Assembly (NCBI GenBank): GCA_948648655.1
Contig: CAPKVJ010000004.1
Span: 4,832-68,831 of the forward strand
Length of the DNA stretch: 64,000 nucleotides
DNA from: an uncultured Candidatus Saccharibacteria bacterium
GTDB lineage: Bacteria > Patescibacteriota > Saccharimonadia > Saccharimonadales > Saccharimonadaceae
Direction of reading: 5' to 3'
The notes under the pieces are model-generated. The model was not told the origin of the DNA and ran no database searches. It was given only the letters and a program-made list of their open reading frames with translations. The translations under genes and the position numbers were made by a program. Positions 59,471-64,000 of this stretch are shown piece by piece. How positions within the stretch are numbered: position 1 is the first letter of the stretch; each line of letters starts with the position of its first letter.

Positions 59471-60718
59471 TTATTCATTTATCAAGCGTTCACTATAACG
59501 CATACGTGAAGCAGAATGGCGTACGCGACGACGATGATGGCGCATATAGATGAGATAGTAAGCAATTCCCATCTGGATGATGGTAATAGCTGCGGACACT
59601 CCCAACATGCAAGGGATGCCAACGGCATAAGTAATACCGCAAAGCAGCATCCCAACGGCTTCGCCGCTTACAGTCATGACATATTTGAGTGTACTGTAGC
59701 CAAATTGATGGCGGTTGTCAACGAGATTAATATAATAGCCATCACTGACATCTTCGTAAGCGGTCGAAATCAGAATTGACCAGGTGATCGCCAGCAGTGA
59801 AATAAATGGATCATCCGCAACGACAGCGATAACGTAGGCGACGAGGCGGATGCCGAATTTTAGAGTCATGGTGATATAGTCGTTTTTGGGTGTAAAATAG
59901 TGCAAAGCGAGAACACCGATAATATCCGATAAAAGACCGACGATAAGGAGGAAATTCGTCGCGATGCCGACCGAAAAATTGAGATAGTTGGTCAAGACAA
60001 GCATCTTAAGCCCCAATGCGCAAGCAAAGGAAGTTGCAGCGAAGAAAGCATACATCATATAGAATACTTGCAGACGGCTACGCAAGATATATTTGGCAAT
60101 GGAGGAGCAACGTGCGGTGGTTTTTTCGGTAGTTTTGACCTTGAGTCGCAGCATCATAATGATTGCTGGTGCAAGGAAGATTAAGGAAACGAGAAGACAA
60201 ATATTGTAATCCACGATTATTCCGAAAAATTGTTGCCCAATTATCAAGCCACCAACGAGAATGCCAAGATCGCGGAAGAGGTACTCGACTAATTTGCGTT
60301 TGCTGTAAACTTGGTTGCTCTTAATAGCCATCGTAATCAATGGATAAACACTAATTACGATTAAGTAGCTAGTCAAAACATCAATGATTATGCAAAGGTT
60401 GATCAGGGCAGTACTAGCAGTCGTGTCAAGCCCCAGCAATAGTGATAGGAAAGAAAATTTAACAATCAAGACTGCTGACATAAAGGCTTTGAGATGGCGC
60501 GCTTTAACAAAGACACCGACAAGTACCACCCCTGCAACGCTAATGAAAGTAGCGATACTAGTTACTGTGCTAACATCAGTAGCAGAGAACCCGTTGTCTT
60601 GGAGCCAGAGTTGACGAAAATTCTCCCAAAGACCGACTGAAATACTGAAAAAAGCAAGCATCGCCAAAATCTTACGCTCTAATCGACGTTTATTGGACCC
60701 AAATCGGTGTTTTTTCAT
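59471..60718 (-). CDS. MFS-type transporter
   Basis: About 12 TM segments over 415 aa. Confidence 0.75.
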   Translation of the reverse strand: MKKHRFGSNKRRLERKILAMLAFFSISVGLWENFRQLWLQDNGFSATDVSTVTSIATFISVAGVVLVGVFVKARHLKAFMSAVLIVKFSFLSLLLGLDTTASTALINLCIIIDVLTSYLIVISVYPLITMAIKSNQVYSKRKLVEYLFRDLGILVGGLIIGQQFFGIIVDYNICLLVSLIFLAPAIIMMLRLKVKTTEKTTARCSSIAKYILRSRLQVFYMMYAFFAATSFACALGLKMLVLTNYLNFSVGIATNFLLIVGLLSDIIGVLALHYFTPKNDYITMTLKFGIRLVAYVIAVVADDPFISLLAITWSILISTAYEDVSDGYYINLVDNRHQFGYSTLKYVMTVSGEAVGMLLCGITYAVGIPCMLGVSAAITIIQMGIAYYLIYMRHHRRRVRHSASRMRYSERLINE

Positions 60719-60847
60719 TTTTCTATTGACTTTTTATCTTATATGTGATATAATGAGAAGATGTACTCACTTCTATCATCCAAATACGACCTTTTGTTCT
60801 AGTTTAGCATAAAAAGTTTCGGATGGCAAAATATTTAGTGTCTGGGG

Positions 60848-62869
60848 CTATTCCAGTATAGCCTTAATTCTACGGACACCGGCACTGGAGCTTTCTTCTT
60901 TGGTAATTCTGAACTTGCCCAGCTCACCAGTACGCTTGACGTGAGGGCCACCGCAGATTTCGACAGATACACAATTGGCGAGGGCTGGTCGCTCCTGAGG
61001 AGCTTCACCCGAGCCACCAATCATATATACCGTTACGCGGTCGGGGTAGCGGTCACGGAAGCTACCATGTGCGTGTAGCTCGTCAAAGGCGTAATCTTTA
61101 TCGTATTCAGCAAATACTACCGGCAGGTCTGCTTCGATCCACTGATTGACCTGGTTTTCGACGCGTTCAAGCTCTTCTTTGGTCAGTTTGTGGTCAATAC
61201 TAAAATCAAATCGTAGTCTCTCTGGCGTGAGATTACTTCCTTTTTGCTCAATTGTGGGATCGATTTCTTTCTGGAGTGCAGCGAGCAACAGATGACAGGC
61301 AGTATGATATTTGGTCGTTTGTTCACTAGTGTCGCTTAAACCGCCCTTAAACATGCCTTTTGAAGCAGTCTTGCTACGCTCGCGCTGTTCGTTTAGTGCT
61401 TGCTCGAATTCGTCTTGGTATTTTGGAGATAAATTTATGCCCATTTTATAGACTTCTTCAACGCTTAATTCTAGGGGGAAGCCATAAGTGTCTTGAAGTT
61501 TGAAAAGATCATAGCCAGTTAGCACAGGCGCAGAAGCAATACCGTCTTTGCTCGAGGCGCGTTCGCGACGCCCGTCGTTACGGGGTCGCGCCGCTCTTCC
61601 TCGTCGTGACTCCGGATCCTCTCGCAAAGAGCTATTGCTTCCTGTCTGCGCTAACCGCCGTAATTCCTTCAAACCTTTGTTGATTGTTTTGCGGAAGGCG
61701 TTTTCTTCTTTGGTGAGGATGGTGAGGACATTGGCGCGATTTGGCAAGATGTCGTCGGACAAATCGGTATAATTTTCGGCAATAACCGGAATGATCTCAC
61801 CCAGAAATTCCTGACCAATGCCGAGATCGAGAGCCTTTAGAACTGCGCGTCGCACCAACCGACGCAAGGCATAACCTTGCGCCTTATTGCTGGGCTGCAA
61901 ACCCTGCGCAGCAAGCAAATAAGCTCCGCGTAAGTGGTCGGCAATAATTCGCATCTCATCAGTGTTTTGATCGTAATTTTTATGCGACATTTGTTCAAGT
62001 TTCTCAATAATTGGTAGCATGAGCGAAATCTTAAAGACGTCAAAGCTACCAATTGCGGCAGCCGCTAGGCGTTCAAGACCGCCACCGAAATCAACATTCT
62101 TATGTTCGAGCTCTTCAAAACTACCATCTTCTTTGCGCTTGTATTGCATGAAGACTTGATTACCAATTTCCATAAAACGTGCACCATCCGATGCGGGGTG
62201 GCTTTTGCCATACTTTGCGACATCCTGCTTATCTTCGCCAAAATCGTAAAATACTTCAGAGTCGGGACCGCAAGGATCGCCGAGTGGCGTAGTTTCAATA
62301 CCGCCACCACGACTCCACCAGTTTTCCTTATCGTCATAGAAGAAAATACGTTCGCCAGGATTAATTCCCCGTTCCGCGCCATGCTCGGCACTACCCATGT
62401 CGACGACTTTTGCTTCTATGCCGGCTTTTTTAAAGACTTCTTGCCAAATCTTCGCAGCTTCGGTGTCTTTCGGAATACCATATTTCTCATTACCAATGAA
62501 GCACGTAACATAAATTCGCTCGGGGTCGAGGCCGATTTCTTTGGTCAAAAATTCGAAGTAATTCTCAATCTGCTCTTTTTTGAAATAATCGCCAAGCGAC
62601 CAGTTGCCGAGCATTTCAAAAACAGTGGTATGACGCGGGTCGCCGACATCCTCGATGTCTTGCAGGCGCATAGAAGGCTGTGAATCAGCAAGCCGCGTAC
62701 CTTCGGGATGAGGCTGCCCCAATAAATATGGCAAAAGTGGCTGCATACCAGAACCAGTGAATAGCGTCGTAGGATCATTTTCGAGGACCAGGGGTGCAGG
62801 GGGGATAATTTTGTGTCCATGTTTAATTTGGAAATCAAAGAATTTTTGGCGAATTTCATTTGCGTTCAT
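60848..62869 (-). CDS. alaS: Alanine-tRNA ligase (short form, no C-Ala domain; ~46-aa insertion)
   Basis: DPTTLFTGSGMQ, HTTVFEMLGNWS, GGLERL, HTACHLL, EICGGPHV. Confidence 0.96.
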   Translation of the reverse strand: MNANEIRQKFFDFQIKHGHKIIPPAPLVLENDPTTLFTGSGMQPLLPYLLGQPHPEGTRLADSQPSMRLQDIEDVGDPRHTTVFEMLGNWSLGDYFKKEQIENYFEFLTKEIGLDPERIYVTCFIGNEKYGIPKDTEAAKIWQEVFKKAGIEAKVVDMGSAEHGAERGINPGERIFFYDDKENWWSRGGGIETTPLGDPCGPDSEVFYDFGEDKQDVAKYGKSHPASDGARFMEIGNQVFMQYKRKEDGSFEELEHKNVDFGGGLERLAAAAIGSFDVFKISLMLPIIEKLEQMSHKNYDQNTDEMRIIADHLRGAYLLAAQGLQPSNKAQGYALRRLVRRAVLKALDLGIGQEFLGEIIPVIAENYTDLSDDILPNRANVLTILTKEENAFRKTINKGLKELRRLAQTGSNSSLREDPESRRGRAARPRNDGRRERASSKDGIASAPVLTGYDLFKLQDTYGFPLELSVEEVYKMGINLSPKYQDEFEQALNEQRERSKTASKGMFKGGLSDTSEQTTKYHTACHLLLAALQKEIDPTIEQKGSNLTPERLRFDFSIDHKLTKEELERVENQVNQWIEADLPVVFAEYDKDYAFDELHAHGSFRDRYPDRVTVYMIGGSGEAPQERPALANCVSVEICGGPHVKRTGELGKFRITKEESSSAGVRRIKAILE
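61518..61655. repeat. Palindromic element inserted in frame in alaS
   Basis: Terminal IR GTTAGC..CAG..GAAGCAATA/TATTGCTTC..CTG..GCTAAC plus nested TCTTTGC/GCAAAGA, CGCGAC/GTCGCG, CCCGT/ACGGG. Confidence 0.78.
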
Positions 62870-62958
62870 AGATTATATATTACCACAATAATAAAAGAGG
62901 GGCAAATCCATAGCATATCGGATTTGCCCCTATACCATATCTAATAGATATGGTGTCA

Positions 62959-64000
62959 TTACAGAAGAGCGTACTTTAAAATAAATATGATTGCTAATAA
63001 GACCATCATGGGGTTTACTTTGGCCAACAGTTTCGCGCCCCTATGATCAGCCGCCATACTAACCAATAACGTATCCTTGTGATTAGTCGCCTTACCAAAC
63101 AATAATAAGATCACACCACCAACCAAGTTGATGGCTACATAAGAGATAATCCCAAAAGAGATACCTTCGGCGATGCTGTAAAAGAATGGCATTGCTGCAA
63201 TACAAAGAAATATCGGTATCAGTTCGGAATAATCATCACGATCCTCCAATTTTAAGCCTAATATCGACGGTAACATCATGCCACCCACAATAATCAATGC
63301 CGGTGCTGTAGCAAAAGACGGGATAGCAATGAAAATCGGAGCTGCAAAGATGGACAGTAAGAACCATGCTGCAGTTGTAAGTGCTGTCAAACCGGTGCGG
63401 CCGCCAGACTTTACGCCCGATGCTGACTCAACATAGGTTGTGGTCGTGGACGTACCAAGTACGGCGCCTACGGCTGTAGCAATTGCATCCGCCAGCATGG
63501 CCATTTTCATTTTCGGTAATTCGCCATCCTTATCCAAGATGTCCTTGCCAGCCGCCATCGCGCAGCCCATTAAAGTTCCCAATGTGTCGAAAATATCGAC
63601 GAAGAGGAATGACAAGACGACGGTAGCAAACTGCGGCACATCCGCCCATGTCATATCTGACCAAGCGTTGAAGCATTTGCCGAACGTCAATCCAATAGCC
63701 CCAAAGTTCGGTGCTGACAATTGCGGTATCAATGAATAAGATCCTGCCTCCGGATTCGGAACATAGATACCCACAAGCTGGCAAATAACACCCAGTCCCC
63801 ATGTTGCTAAAATTCCAATTAACATTGCACCGGGCACTCTTAGCACTAACATAATTGCTATCATAAGTATCCCGATTAAAGCCAGGCAGATGGTGATACC
63901 GGATGTGCTAAAATTAGCCGTGAAGCTAGCGCGCCCCACTAAAGTCGATTCGTTGTTGACACAGATACCGGCGTTTTGCAGACCAATAAAAGCAATAAAG
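62959..64000 (-). CDS. NCS2/AzgA-family purine permease, 3' part (runs off window end)
   Basis: FDTLGTL, GTSTTTTYVESASGV..GGRTGLTA, ATAPALIIVG, YSIAEGI. Confidence 0.9.
   Translation of the reverse strand, partial: FIAFIGLQNAGICVNNESTLVGRASFTANFSTSGITICLALIGILMIAIMLVLRVPGAMLIGILATWGLGVICQLVGIYVPNPEAGSYSLIPQLSAPNFGAIGLTFGKCFNAWSDMTWADVPQFATVVLSFLFVDIFDTLGTLMGCAMAAGKDILDKDGELPKMKMAMLADAIATAVGAVLGTSTTTTYVESASGVKSGGRTGLTALTTAAWFLLSIFAAPIFIAIPSFATAPALIIVGGMMLPSILGLKLEDRDDYSELIPIFLCIAAMPFFYSIAEGISFGIISYVAINLVGGVILLLFGKATNHKDTLLVSMAADHRGAKLLAKVNPMMVLLAIIFILKYALL

Noticed and set aside
1..64000. Alternative genetic code (UGA=Gly, as in Gracilibacteria/Absconditabacteria)
   Set aside because: Conserved genes are intact under code 11, and TGA terminates genes such as pgk and trxB at the expected positions.

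Overview
This is a 64 kb chromosomal segment from a small-genome bacterium using genetic code 11. Gene content and style (TrbC/VirB2-like pilin, short AlaS, many apparently leaderless genes) suggest Patescibacteria/Saccharimonadia, which is an inference. Most of the window is housekeeping: ppa, rarA, recO, xseAB, rpmA, rplY, pgk, pyk, uvrA, sbcB, trxB, pheST, metG, rsmA, pcrA, alaS and four tRNAs. Five features stand out. (1) Four dispersed, start-less ~210-bp cassettes lie next to tRNA genes. Each is flanked by an invariant 14-bp 5' box and a 43-bp 3' box and encodes a different version of an FVRSG...PLRCLAS* C-terminal module, which suggests a silent-cassette diversification system. (2) A ~7.3-kb serine-recombinase island is integrated at tRNA-Lys, with the attachment site inside the recombinase ORF so that excision would swap its C-terminus. 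(3) A pseudoknot-like switch leader precedes the island's methyltransferase/DUF262-HNH operon. (4) uvrA and alaS each carry an in-frame palindromic insertion. (5) A WxL-like surface gene cluster has an inverted orphan C-terminal fragment, and there is a candidate sRNA. All calls were made by eye, with no database searches.
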